NCBI GenBank assembly: GCA_963714225.1
Contig: CAVQNY010000010.1
Coordinates: forward strand, 59,002-123,001
Direction of reading: 5' to 3'
DNA: 64,000 nucleotides
From: an uncultured Acidobacteriaceae bacterium
GTDB lineage: Bacteria > Acidobacteriota > Terriglobia > Terriglobales > Acidobacteriaceae
How positions within the stretch are numbered: the stretch's first letter is position 1; every line of letters starts with the position of its first letter. The translations under genes and the position numbers were made by a program. Positions 10,262-19,711 of the stretch are shown piece by piece. A model generated the notes under the pieces. The model ran no database searches. It was not told the origin of the DNA and saw only the letters and a list, made by a program, of their open reading frames with translations.

Positions 10262-10402
10262 TTCAGGTGCACAATCGCAAGTCAGCCAGCGGGAAAGAAG
10301 GCGATTTAAGGCAATCGTTACTGGCTGCTCGAATCGTTGACACCAAGAGCTTGGCTGTTTCCCACTTCCGGACCGGGCGTGCTCTACAAGATGGAGGCGA
10401 TT

Positions 10403-10600
10403 ATGAAAAGAACGATTCTAGTGTTGACTCTCTCCTCACTGCAGATCTCGCCTTCGCTCAAAACTATAATTTGCCTATCGAGCACATCATCGTGGTCTTC
10501 CAGGAGAACCGGACTGCTTCGAACCTGTTCGGCAATGACACTGCTCTGATCGCCAATGGCTTCCACGTCGTCACATCCGGTCAGTGTGGTATGGCAGACG
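10403..10600 (+). pseudogene. Decayed N-terminal remnant of a phosphoesterase (PLC/AcpA family)
   Basis: The signal peptide MKRTILVLTLSSL is in one frame. The continuation LTADLAFAQNYNLPIEHIIVVFQENRTASNLFG (the family's H.VV..QENRSFD..FG motif) is in another frame. Nothing resembling the rest of the domain follows. Confidence 0.45.
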
Positions 10601-10837
10601 ATCACTCTCAGCCTCTTCGATGTTGTCCACGGCCAGGCCATCACACAGAGGCAGCGACGCTTTTTTCGCTTTGTGCACAAGAAAATTTCAAAAAATAAAT
10701 TTGGCGAACCAGAAAGAGAGTTGATATCGCCTTTCAGCGACGGTCAGAAAAAAATCGGGCCGAGCCAGGGCGGCTGAACAGTAGCGCTCGAGGAGGAATT
10801 TAAGCGTAACGGTTGCTGCGAGCGCTCCTGTTGGGGA

Positions 10838-10883
10838 TGTCGTTATTCCTTAATCTTATTGAATCTCGCATAATATAGTGACA
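10838..10883. repeat. IS630 left terminal inverted repeat
   Basis: TGTCGTTATTCCTTAATCTTATTGAATCTCGCATAATATAGTGACA matches the reverse complement of 11956-11998, apart from two substitutions and a 3-nt indel. Confidence 0.85.
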
Positions 10884-10894
10884 AATGAGAAAGA

Positions 10895-11949
10895 ATGAGT
10901 TATGCTGTGGCTATGAACAAGAAAGTTCGGCCACGGCGTGATTTTCAGGGATTAGAACAGCGACGCAAACGAGCAGCGCGGTACTTTGAGGCGGGCAAAC
11001 TATCCCTGGCGGAGATAGCTCGAGCACTGAACGTAAGCCGGCAAAGTGTAAGTCGCTGGTATGCCGAGTGGAAACGAGGCGGGGCCGCGGCTCTTCGTGG
11101 CGCCGGTCGCGCGGGACGGAAACCGCGGCTTCAGCCCGAACAATTGCAGCCACTCGACGAGGCGCTGCGAGCAGGGGCGCGGGCGCACGGTTTTCAAACC
11201 GATTTATGGACGCTGCCCCGAGTCGCCAAGGTGATCGAGCAATTAACGGGCATCCACTATCATCCCGGTCATGTCTGGAAAATTCTGAAGACCATGCGAT
11301 GGACCTTACAAAAGCCGGCCACACAGGCGCGGGAGTGTAATCCGCAGAAGGTGAAACGCTGGCTGAAGGAAACCTGGCCGGCGCTAAAAAAAAAGCCCGC
11401 CGGCAAAAGGCCTGGATCTTCTTCCAGGACGAAAGCGGAGTCTCCCAACGACCCTCGATCCGTAGAACCTGGGCGCCCAAGGGGGAAACTCCTGTCCTAA
11501 TCCATGCCTTCAACTGGAAGAAGATGTCACTCTCGGCCGCGATCGGCTATCGCTGGGACGGAGCCCGCGCTCGTCTGTTCTTTCAAACTTGTCCGGACAG
11601 CTACAACACCGAACGGCTGATTGCATTCTTGGAAGATCTGCGCCGGGAAGTGCGCGGCCGCAAAGTCATCTTGGTATGGGATGGCCTCCCGGCGCACAAG
11701 AGTTGCGTGATGAAGGAGTATCTCTACGAACAACGAAAATGGCTCACGGTCGAGGCGTTACCCGGCTATGCTCCGAAGTTAAATCCGGTCGAAAACTTGT
11801 GGGGGAACATCAAAGGACAAGAGTTAGCCAACCGATGCTCCGAAGACCTGAGCGAAGCAGCGACCGCCGTGCACCGCGGCATTGAGCGCGTCATCGAATC
11901 CGGCAAACTCCTATTTTCCTTTCTTAACCACGCCAAACTATTTTTTTGA
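10895..11949 (+). CDS. IS630-family DDE transposase, needing a -1 frameshift at A_AAA_AAG (11389-11395) to join orfA (10895-11500) and orfB (to 11949)
   Basis: orfA has the HTH part (LSLAEIARALNVSRQSVSRWY, TLPRVAKVIEQLTGIHY). The -1 frame continues directly after the A9 run as KKARRQKAWIFFQDESGVSQRPSIRRTWAPKGETPVL. It then reads ...VWDGLPAHKS...YAPKLNPVENLWGNIK, giving the D, D, E residues. Confidence 0.8.
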
Positions 11950-11955
11950 TCGTTC

Positions 11956-11998
11956 TGTCACTGTATTATGCGAGATTCAATAATAAGGAAAAACGACA
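11956..11998. repeat. IS630 right terminal inverted repeat
   Basis: TGTCACTGTATTATGCGAGATTCAATAATAAGGAAAAACGACA is the reverse-complement partner of 10838-10883. Confidence 0.85.
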
Positions 11999-12283
11999 GC
12001 TTGTGTCGACGCCGGTCGCTGTGAGAAGAAACGGGCTTGCCACGGTACCGATTGCGCTCTCGACTGCCTCTCCAACCGTAGCGCTCTCAGCCTTCGTGCG
12101 CCCCACGAACGCGCCGCGGGCTTGGCATCCTTTCGCTGAAAACTCTTCAAACTCGCCCACGCTTCCAGCAGCGTTCCGTCCACGGTGAAGTGTTCATCCG
12201 AAAGCAGATTCTGATCCCGTGCCTGCTGCAGCACAGCTTGGAAGAAGGCTTCGGCAAAGAACCCTACACAATTCGCCAGAGTC
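11999..12283 (-). pseudogene. Internal fragment of an IS5/IS1182-family transposase
   Basis: FFQAVLQQARDQNLLSDEHFTVDGTLLEAWASLKSFQRKD is a signature stretch of IS5/IS1182 transposases. The N-terminal domain and the DDE domain are both absent. The fragment abuts the IS630 end. Confidence 0.55.
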
Positions 12284-12571
12284 CTACAGATACTCCACAA
12301 ACGAGTCGGCAACTTCAGCCCCGTGGTTGTTGGCGATGCGCATGGCCTGCCGTTCCACGTTCTTCATCAATCCATCGAGATAGTCGCGTGAATCGGAGAT
12401 GCTGACCACGCCAATGGTGGCGCGATTCCACAAGCCGCCGGCATCGAGTTCAGCGACAGAAACGTTGAAGCTCGACCGCAGACGGTCTTTCAAGCTGCGT
12501 ACGACCTGACGTTTGTCCTTGAGCGATTGCGCCGCTTCGATGTGAAGTTCGAGCGTGAGGAAGGCGATCAA
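12284..12571 (-). CDS. DUF503 (YlxP-like) protein
   Basis: (M)IAFLTLELHIEAAQSLKDKRQVVRSLKDRLRSSFNVSVAELD... matches the DUF503 pattern. I prefer the TTG start at 12571. The ATG at 12655 adds 28 Arg-rich residues not typical of the family. Confidence 0.7.
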   Translation of the reverse strand: MIAFLTLELHIEAAQSLKDKRQVVRSLKDRLRSSFNVSVAELDAGGLWNRATIGVVSISDSRDYLDGLMKNVERQAMRIANNHGAEVADSFVEYL

Positions 12572-13042
12572 AGGCAGTTTCCGGTATCCAGTTTCGAGTT
12601 GCTGTTTTGGCCTGCCGCGCCCGCTTTCGCGTGGACGACGAGGGCGTCGAACCACGCATCACCGTGGAGCGATTTCCAGATCGGGACCCTGCTCATGCTT
12701 AATCAGTTTCGCGGCGCTAGACTACGGTCGACGGACTCGCGCAATCGTCCCTCCAGCGGTGCGGTCTGGGATTACGACTTGGCCTGTATAATGGCCATAC
12801 AACCCCAGCCCCTTGCCGCCAACCAACTATAGCTTTAAGCTGGTTCTCCGAGTTTCCCGAGAATTCCCCAGTGTTCCGCTAAAACCGCTTATCGGTTCGG
12901 ACTGTAAAATTTAGCACAATGTTCCAGTGTTCCAGTCGGAAACATTAAGCCACTCTCAAAACCGCCCCGCGTACGAGGGCTGGCCGATTTCTTCGGACGA
13001 TGTCCGTTGGTGCGAAGTCCGCCCGCAATTGTCAAGGACTGG

Positions 13043-15358
13043 CTACTTCGCAATGACGAAATCTGCGCTCTCGCCCTCGGCGGAGCTGGGACCGATCCAC
13101 ACGGTGGCGCTTGCCGGCTCAACCAAATCCTGCATATCAATGTTCCAGAAGGCAAGTTCATCGCGTCCCAGACTGAATTCGACGCGCTTTGATTCTCCGG
13201 ACGCAAGAACAACCCTTCGAAATCCTTCCAGTTGTCTCACCGGAAGAGCGACGCTGGTTCCGCGAAGGCGGAGGTAAAGTTCTACAATTTCATCGCCAGC
13301 GCGCGATCCAGCATTTCTCACGGTGGTGGACACACGCAGCGCCGGTTCCGTCTTCTGGTTCAGCCCGCTCGCACTCATCTGGGATGTGCTAAGTTCCAAC
13401 GGCGAGTAAATAAACTTGGTATAGCTAAGGCCGTAGCCAAACGGAAACAGCGGTGCATTCGGTTCGTCCACATAGCGCGAACGATATTTTTCGCCGTGGT
13501 TGCCGGGTGGACGACTGAGATCAACGCCGTCGGCAGGACGCCCGGTGTTGAGTTCGTCATAGTGGAGTGGTTCCTGGCCCACGCTATCGGGCATGGAAAC
13601 AGTGAGCTTCCCGCTTGGGCTCACGTCGCCGAAAAGTGTGCGCACGAGCGCCGGTCCGGCTTGCACTCCCGGAAACCAAGCTTGCAAAATCGCCGGTACG
13701 TGACTCGCGGCCCAAGCGAGGGTCAGGGGCCGGCCGCTGAAAACAATCAACACCACCGGCTTCCCGGTCGCGGCCACTGCCTCCAGAAGCGGTTGCTGGT
13801 TTCCCGGCAGACCGAGATGGGCGCGGGAAGCAGCCTCGGCACTCATCGACAAGGAGTCTTCTCCAAGCGCCATGAGGACCACATCCGCCTGTTTGGCGGC
13901 AGCTACCGCTTCGGCAAAGCCGTTCTCTTCGGCAGTTAGAATTTCTGTGCCTTTGGCGTAGAGTAGTTGCCTGCCTGATAGCTGCACGCGCGAAGTCAGG
14001 GCCGCGCGCAAGGTTACGACGTCCGCTGCATTGCCCCTCGCGCGCCAGGGACCCAGCATATCGGCGGCACTATCGGCTAGAGGACCGATCAGGGCGATGG
14101 TATGGACATCCGAGCTCAACGGAAGCGCGGCTTTCCCTTCCGAGTCCCTATTCTTTAGAAGCACGTACGAACGTTCCGCAACCGTGCGGGCGAACTCCAC
14201 ATCGGCAGGATCGAGTTGCGGCACGCCTCTGGTCGCCGGTTCGGCAACGTACGGATGCTCGAACAAGCCAAGGGCGAATTTTATCCGGAGCACGCAGCGA
14301 GCTGCTCGATCCACGGCGCTTTTCGATACGGCTCCGCTTCGTACCAGTTCCGCCAAGTAGCGCGAGAACAAGTTGCTTTCAAGGTCTATGTCGAGCCCTG
14401 AGAGAATGGCTTTGCGCGCCGCCGTTTTGCCGTCTACGGCAACGCCGTGGGCGATCGTTTCCCCCACCGATCCATAGTCGCTGATCACCATTCCCTGAAA
14501 TCCCCACTCTTGACGAAGGATATGGGTGAGGGTAAACCAGTTGGAAGTAGCGGGCACACCGTTGAGGCTATTAAAGGCGCTCATGACCGAGCCGACGCCA
14601 GCTTCGACAGCGGCGTGGAAAGGTGGCAGATAGATTTGACGCAACATGCGTTCGGACATGTCCACCGAGTTGTAGTCTCGACCCGCTTCGGCGGCTCCAT
14701 AGCCAACGAAATGCTTCACGCAGGCCAGCATGGATCGCGGATCATTCAGGTGAGCGCCTTGATATCCGCGCACGTAAGCGACAGCCATTGCGGAGCCCAA
14801 GTATGGGTCTTCGCCCGCTCCTTCCACCATGCGTCCCCACCGGGCATCACGCGCGATATCAACCATGGGGGAAAACGTCCAGCGGATGCCCTCTCGGGTG
14901 GCCTCCTTGGCGGCGATATGCGAAGCCCGTTCCACCATCGCTGGATCCCAAGTCGACGCCATGGCGAGCGGTACGGGGAAGATGGTGCGATATCCGTGGA
15001 TTACGTCCAATGCAAAGATGAGCGGTATGTGCAGCCGGGATTTCGCGACCGCAAGCTTCTGCAGGGCATTGGTCTCGGCCGCTCCGGTAATGTTCTCGAC
15101 GGAGCCGACATGACCCTGTGCGATCTGCTCGCGATAATCGGCGTGCGGAGAACCGGGACCAGTGGAGCTATCCGCGAAGTGCACCGTCTGGGCGATCTTC
15201 TCTTCGAGCGTCATCTGGCTCAGCAGTTGGCTGACGCGCTGCTCGATGGCGGGATCGTCCAGTTGCGGAGGCGTCGATTGCGCTCTGAGAAAGCACACGG
15301 GCCACGTGGACGTAATAGCTAGAAGCAAAATACGAACCAAACGCATTTTGGACCCCAT
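13043..15358 (-). CDS. bglX: Glycoside hydrolase family 3 beta-glucosidase (BglX-like) with a Fn3-like C-terminal domain, secreted
   Basis: GH3 N-domain (KHFVGYG, ISDYGSV) plus the C-terminal sandwich and Fn3-like domain. The ATG at 15358 has a GAGGGA RBS and a signal peptide (MGSKMRLVRILLLAITS...AQS). Confidence 0.9.
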   Translation of the reverse strand: MGSKMRLVRILLLAITSTWPVCFLRAQSTPPQLDDPAIEQRVSQLLSQMTLEEKIAQTVHFADSSTGPGSPHADYREQIAQGHVGSVENITGAAETNALQKLAVAKSRLHIPLIFALDVIHGYRTIFPVPLAMASTWDPAMVERASHIAAKEATREGIRWTFSPMVDIARDARWGRMVEGAGEDPYLGSAMAVAYVRGYQGAHLNDPRSMLACVKHFVGYGAAEAGRDYNSVDMSERMLRQIYLPPFHAAVEAGVGSVMSAFNSLNGVPATSNWFTLTHILRQEWGFQGMVISDYGSVGETIAHGVAVDGKTAARKAILSGLDIDLESNLFSRYLAELVRSGAVSKSAVDRAARCVLRIKFALGLFEHPYVAEPATRGVPQLDPADVEFARTVAERSYVLLKNRDSEGKAALPLSSDVHTIALIGPLADSAADMLGPWRARGNAADVVTLRAALTSRVQLSGRQLLYAKGTEILTAEENGFAEAVAAAKQADVVLMALGEDSLSMSAEAASRAHLGLPGNQQPLLEAVAATGKPVVLIVFSGRPLTLAWAASHVPAILQAWFPGVQAGPALVRTLFGDVSPSGKLTVSMPDSVGQEPLHYDELNTGRPADGVDLSRPPGNHGEKYRSRYVDEPNAPLFPFGYGLSYTKFIYSPLELSTSQMSASGLNQKTEPALRVSTTVRNAGSRAGDEIVELYLRLRGTSVALPVRQLEGFRRVVLASGESKRVEFSLGRDELAFWNIDMQDLVEPASATVWIGPSSAEGESADFVIAK

Positions 15359-15599
15359 GTGCCTGATCCCTCTGCGCAATGGACTTCGCCGGCCAGACGG
15401 ATGCTACGACGCTCAAACGGCCACGGGAACTTATCGCCGCACCGTCCCGCAGCCGCCAAGGGTACGAGAATCTGGTCTTCGATCCTCCATAGAGTCGTTC
15501 CCAACCAGGGCAGATGCTATCAGAAAACCGGTATTCTAGCAATGAATTAGATGGTGCGAAATGGTGCGAGGAGGTGGGTATATGGAACCTAACACACAA

Positions 15600-16616
15600 T
15601 CAGCGCGCCCAAGCTGGGGCTTCTTTCAATGGAATGTACTCGGGGCGATATCGCAGACGGGCCCCCTTGTGATTCTGAGCCGCATCCTTCGTCAGTTCGA
15701 CCTTAAGCCCGTGACGTTTGCCGTCGATCGCAGGGGGAATGAATCCGAGTTCATAGCGAAAGTGCAATTGCATCAGAATCGCGTCCAGTGCGACGGCATA
15801 CCCGGATGGAGAAGTAGAAAAGTACTCCCCACCTGTTTGATCGGCCATGTAGTGCTCGATTTCTCCGATCTCACCGTTGTGGGGCAACGGCCCTTGCGGA
15901 GCCATGCTGTCCTTGATGCCGAAAACAATCCCTGAAGTCTCGAGAAAATCATCAACCACCTGGTCCAACTGCTCCCTAGGTTGGCCTGTGGAGTCGCCGT
16001 CGAGAAAGACGATCACCGGCAGAGGCTGCGGATTTCTCCGATGCGCGTCCTGGATGATGAGCCGAATCACGCGCCGGAACGCGTCTTCCCCGGTGGCGAA
16101 GTCGTTCCCCCAAACATAGGAAACGGGCCTGATGGTTTTGGCCAGCACGGGGACGGGAATATCGTGGTCATGAGTGGGCAGCAGGTCGAGCCTCGTCTCA
16201 CCGTTATCGCACCAATGAGCGACGCCCACGGCGTCGTGTTCTTCCAGATGGTCGAGTGCGGGGCGAAACAACGCGACATCGCCCACAAAATCTGCCGAGC
16301 CGCCAACCTTCTTTTGTTCGTTGCAGAGTAGAACAAGCCAAAGAGCCACGGGCCGCGTATCGTGCGCTTCGCCGTCAAGTGAGGAAACCGGGACTTCGTG
16401 TTTATTGTCAAGAACTCGGAAGTCTTCTTTCTTGAAGTCTCGAACGGGCAGGCCGGTTTTACGATCTCTACTGATTACATCAATCAGGACCATGGAAGAC
16501 TGAACTCGGAAGGTGGGCAGCGCCGGACTCGGTGGTTCAGGCTGTTGTGCGAAACTGGCTGGGATTAGAAACGGAATGAGAGCCAGAGATTTTCGACCTA
16601 GAACGGCAAGTTTCAT
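15600..16616 (-). CDS. VWA-domain protein of the acidobacterial VWFA-related type (TIGR03436-like), secreted
   Basis: Signal peptide, then the family's N-terminal motif (FRVQSSMVLIDVISRDRKTGLPVRDFKKEDFRVLDNKHEVPV), followed by a VWA-like region. Confidence 0.75.
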   Translation of the reverse strand: MKLAVLGRKSLALIPFLIPASFAQQPEPPSPALPTFRVQSSMVLIDVISRDRKTGLPVRDFKKEDFRVLDNKHEVPVSSLDGEAHDTRPVALWLVLLCNEQKKVGGSADFVGDVALFRPALDHLEEHDAVGVAHWCDNGETRLDLLPTHDHDIPVPVLAKTIRPVSYVWGNDFATGEDAFRRVIRLIIQDAHRRNPQPLPVIVFLDGDSTGQPREQLDQVVDDFLETSGIVFGIKDSMAPQGPLPHNGEIGEIEHYMADQTGGEYFSTSPSGYAVALDAILMQLHFRYELGFIPPAIDGKRHGLKVELTKDAAQNHKGARLRYRPEYIPLKEAPAWAR

Positions 16617-16687
16617 CTCGGTGAGCCTCGGCCTTCACGACGTAATTGTAGTGCTCAGCAAAGTAAAAAGTTGAAATATGCAGTGAC

Positions 16688-17767
16688 TTAGGGCTGGGAG
16701 TAGTAGCCGGTACGCGTGCGAGCCGTGATCCCCGGCTCGTCGACCGTGACTCCGAGTGCATGGTACTCATCATACGTCTGGCCCGCCCGGGCGGCCTCGA
16801 ACGAGAGGACGTAAAAGCTATCGGCGTCCGTGATGCATTCCGCGATTGCCGCGGCGAGGTCATTAGTGGAATTCAGCACGCGCCCGCCACTGTGAACCGC
16901 AAGCACCTGCAAGCTCATGTCGCCGACAGCTGCCCGCGAAGGCGAGGTTACACCTTTCAGGAAGTTCTTGTAGTCCGAGATCTGATTTCCCCCTACATCT
17001 GCCTGACCGAGCGGGTCAATACTATAAAGAGTGATGCGAGCCTGCCTAAGTCCGGTGGTAGCGGCCACGATTGAGTTGAAAATCCGGCTCTGGCTTTTAT
17101 GGGAAAGTCTAACGTTGTCTCCCGAGAGCATCGGCCATCCCGGACTGAACCAAATCATCAGCTTCCTGCCGGGTCGTGCTCCTTCGTACGCCACAAGGGT
17201 GGTCAGGGTATTGGTCGACAGGTCAAAACGCTCTACCTCGCCGTAGGACGCCTGAGAGCGAGTAATGGACCGCAGCCCAGTTTGGTATTGGTCGTATAGC
17301 GCCGCAAGGGAATTTCCATCGCGAGAGAACCCGTTTTGCCTCTTCGCCCCAGCATCGGTCAAGACGACGAGCGACATCGGGAGCGCGAGCTTGCCGCCGT
17401 TCTGCAGCAAGAACCTCTTCAGCTCACCTCGTTCGTAACCAACGGCCTGGAAGGAAGCGTTGACGGCGTCAACCACAAGAATGATTTCGACAGGCGGATC
17501 GGCAGTCGAGCCCGTTCCGCTGTCCACCGCACGAAACGAGAGGATGTTCGCCGGCTGTTTATCGTCCAGAAGAGTGAAGTCTTGTTTCTGCAGACCGCGA
17601 ACGGGTGCGCCAGATCTGTCCGTCACTTGCACATCGAGGGTGATTTGCCGGTCCGTACCGCCTGGCGCTGGCCGGGTTCGGAGATGGGGCAAGGAACTAT
17701 CTTGCCCCCATACGGCAGAGAGTGGCAGAAGAAACAGGACAAGAAACAACCGAGAGAATCGGCTCAT
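16688..17767 (-). CDS. VWA-domain protein of the acidobacterial VWFA-related type (TIGR03436-like), secreted
   Basis: Signal peptide. ITLDVQVTDRSGAPVRGLQKQDFTLLDDKQPANILSF motif. Paralog of 15600-16616. Confidence 0.75.
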   Translation of the reverse strand: MSRFSRLFLVLFLLPLSAVWGQDSSLPHLRTRPAPGGTDRQITLDVQVTDRSGAPVRGLQKQDFTLLDDKQPANILSFRAVDSGTGSTADPPVEIILVVDAVNASFQAVGYERGELKRFLLQNGGKLALPMSLVVLTDAGAKRQNGFSRDGNSLAALYDQYQTGLRSITRSQASYGEVERFDLSTNTLTTLVAYEGARPGRKLMIWFSPGWPMLSGDNVRLSHKSQSRIFNSIVAATTGLRQARITLYSIDPLGQADVGGNQISDYKNFLKGVTSPSRAAVGDMSLQVLAVHSGGRVLNSTNDLAAAIAECITDADSFYVLSFEAARAGQTYDEYHALGVTVDEPGITARTRTGYYSQP

Positions 17768-17917
17768 GATGCCTCACTCGCCCTGGAATTGCCCGCCCAA
17801 CAACCGAGTCAGGGCGATGGTACCAGCTGCCGAGTTTGGATAACTGTTCAATTTTGTACACCTGCCGAAATAAATTAGTCCCTCACCTCTTGCAGCTTTC
17901 ACTTTAGAGATCGAGAG

Positions 17918-19711
17918 TCAGCGCCGTGACGCGGCAGCCGGCCGCACCCGTTCGCGGGGCTGAACTCCTTCCCCTTCCTTCACGGCATAGAACGTATCGG
18001 CCGCCAGATTGCTTAAGATTTCGGTTTTGCCCGAGGGCCAGAGAATTTCTACGCGATCCAGGTGGTCGTGGGAACCGAGGCCGAAGTGGATTCGGAGGTC
18101 GTTCTGCGAGAGATAACTTCCACCACTGCGAACTTCATCTACCTGTACCAGGTCACCGGCGACAGCTTTGACGCGTGCATTCAGGGCCAGGCGGTTGCTC
18201 TTGGTTCCCGCGAGTTCGAAAGAGATCCAGTGGTTGTGGGGCCCTGGCGCGTTGCGCCCGTCCTGATTGCGTAAGATCATGGGCTTGCCATCCACATTCT
18301 CGACCACGATGTCGACGCGGCCGTCGTTGAACAGATCGCCGAAGGCTGCGCCGCGACTGACCTGCGGGATCTGAATCGCCGGTCCAACCAGTTCACTGAT
18401 GTTGCGAAACGTGCCGTCGTGACGGTTCAGGAACAGTAGTTTTGGCTCCCGGTATCTGGCGCCAACGTCGAGAGTGTCGACTTGCGGGTAGACATGCCCG
18501 TTCACCATAAAGATATCCGGCCAACCGTCGTTATCAAAGTCGAAGAATGCGTCGCCCCAGCCAACGTATGGAATGGTCGGCGTGGCAACGCCCGCCAGGA
18601 AAGAAACGTCCGTGAAGCTCATCCCACCATCGTTGCGAAACAGTGCGGCATACTCCTCCGAGAAGTGGGTGACAAAAATAGAGAGGCGGCCGGTATGCAG
18701 ATAATCGCCGAGCGCGACTCCCATGCCGGCTTGTTCGGATCCATCCTGGCTCACGGCGGTCCCAGCGAGAAATCCCACTTCCGTGAAATGGCCCTTCCCG
18801 TCATTACGATAGAGGAAGTTTGGCGTGGAATCGTTGGCGACAAAGAGGTCCAGTCGACCATCCTCATTAAAGTCCGACCAAACCGCTCCTAAGCCGTAAT
18901 AGCCGTGTGGATCGTCCACACCGGCAGCCTTCGATACGTCGGTGAAGGTGCCATCCCCGTTGTTATGGAACAGGAGATCGCCGGCACCTTTCAAACCTCT
19001 CGGACCACATTGCACCGCAAGACCGTGATACTGGCAGGTTTTGCTCGAACCAAATTTGGGAAGGTCATCGAGGTGGAAATCGACGTAGTGGGAGACGAAC
19101 AGGTCCACCCAGCCGTCGCCGTCATAATCCCCGAAGGCCGCGCCGGTGGCGAACTGTACATCATTGAGGCCGGCCTGTTTGGTCACATCGGCGAAGGTGC
19201 CATCGCCATTATTGCGGTAGAGGACAACTCCGCCGAGGCAGGTCACCAGCAAATCCGGCCACCCGTCGTTGTTATAGTCCCCGACCACCGCTCCCATGGC
19301 GAAGCAGGGATATCCCACACCCGCCTTGTCGGTGACGTCGGTGAAGGTGCCATCGCCATTGTTGTGGTACAGAGCGCTGCGAGCTTTCTGGCCCGCAAGC
19401 GCCATCTCGACGGTCGGTGCGTTTGTAAAGTAAATGTCGGGCAGACCATCGCGGTCATAATCAATCAACGCTACTCCGCCGGCCATGGACTCAACAATGT
19501 ATTTCTTATCGGAGGACGACAGATGTTCGAATTTAATGCCCGTGGAAGCGGTGACGTCGACGAGCTGCGGAAGTTGAGTGCCGGCTTCCTGGCTCGGGGC
19601 CGCTTGGCCGAGGAGGTTCCTCGAAACGCAAAGCAAGGCACAGAAAGCCACCAGCAGGCCCAGAAGAGCCCCGCGAGACGACACACTGAGCGGAGACATG
19701 GTTGGTCTCAC
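17918..19711 (-). CDS. ASPIC/UnbV domain protein with FG-GAP repeats (CRTAC1 family)
   Basis: Repeated (D/N)xDxDGxxD(I/L)(F/Y)V FG-GAP motifs with LYRNNGDGTF spacers. C-terminal UnbV/ASPIC motif (RSGGSYLSQNDLRIHFGLG...VEILWPSG). The GTG at 19711 overlaps the upstream stop. An alternative ATG lies at 19699. Confidence 0.9.
   Translation of the reverse strand: MRPTMSPLSVSSRGALLGLLVAFCALLCVSRNLLGQAAPSQEAGTQLPQLVDVTASTGIKFEHLSSSDKKYIVESMAGGVALIDYDRDGLPDIYFTNAPTVEMALAGQKARSALYHNNGDGTFTDVTDKAGVGYPCFAMGAVVGDYNNDGWPDLLVTCLGGVVLYRNNGDGTFADVTKQAGLNDVQFATGAAFGDYDGDGWVDLFVSHYVDFHLDDLPKFGSSKTCQYHGLAVQCGPRGLKGAGDLLFHNNGDGTFTDVSKAAGVDDPHGYYGLGAVWSDFNEDGRLDLFVANDSTPNFLYRNDGKGHFTEVGFLAGTAVSQDGSEQAGMGVALGDYLHTGRLSIFVTHFSEEYAALFRNDGGMSFTDVSFLAGVATPTIPYVGWGDAFFDFDNDGWPDIFMVNGHVYPQVDTLDVGARYREPKLLFLNRHDGTFRNISELVGPAIQIPQVSRGAAFGDLFNDGRVDIVVENVDGKPMILRNQDGRNAPGPHNHWISFELAGTKSNRLALNARVKAVAGDLVQVDEVRSGGSYLSQNDLRIHFGLGSHDHLDRVEILWPSGKTEILSNLAADTFYAVKEGEGVQPRERVRPAAASRR

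Larger units (their letters stand above)
10838..11998 (+). mobile_element. IS630-family insertion sequence (about 1.16 kb)
   Basis: Imperfect terminal inverted repeats of about 43-46 bp (10838-10883 vs 11956-11998) bracket a two-frame transposase with HTH and DDE parts. Confidence 0.85.

Noticed and set aside
10836-12000. I looked for the TA target-site duplication expected for IS630-family insertions.
   Set aside because: The bases flanking the inverted repeats (GA on the left, GC on the right) do not form a TA duplication. The exact element ends therefore remain approximate.
12860-12945. Short repeats GTGTTCC / TGTTCCAG, and a TGGAAC...TGC string resembling a sigma-54 promoter on the minus strand upstream of DUF503.
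   Set aside because: The spacing between the GG and GC elements does not fit the -24/-12 consensus, and the repeats are short enough to be chance.
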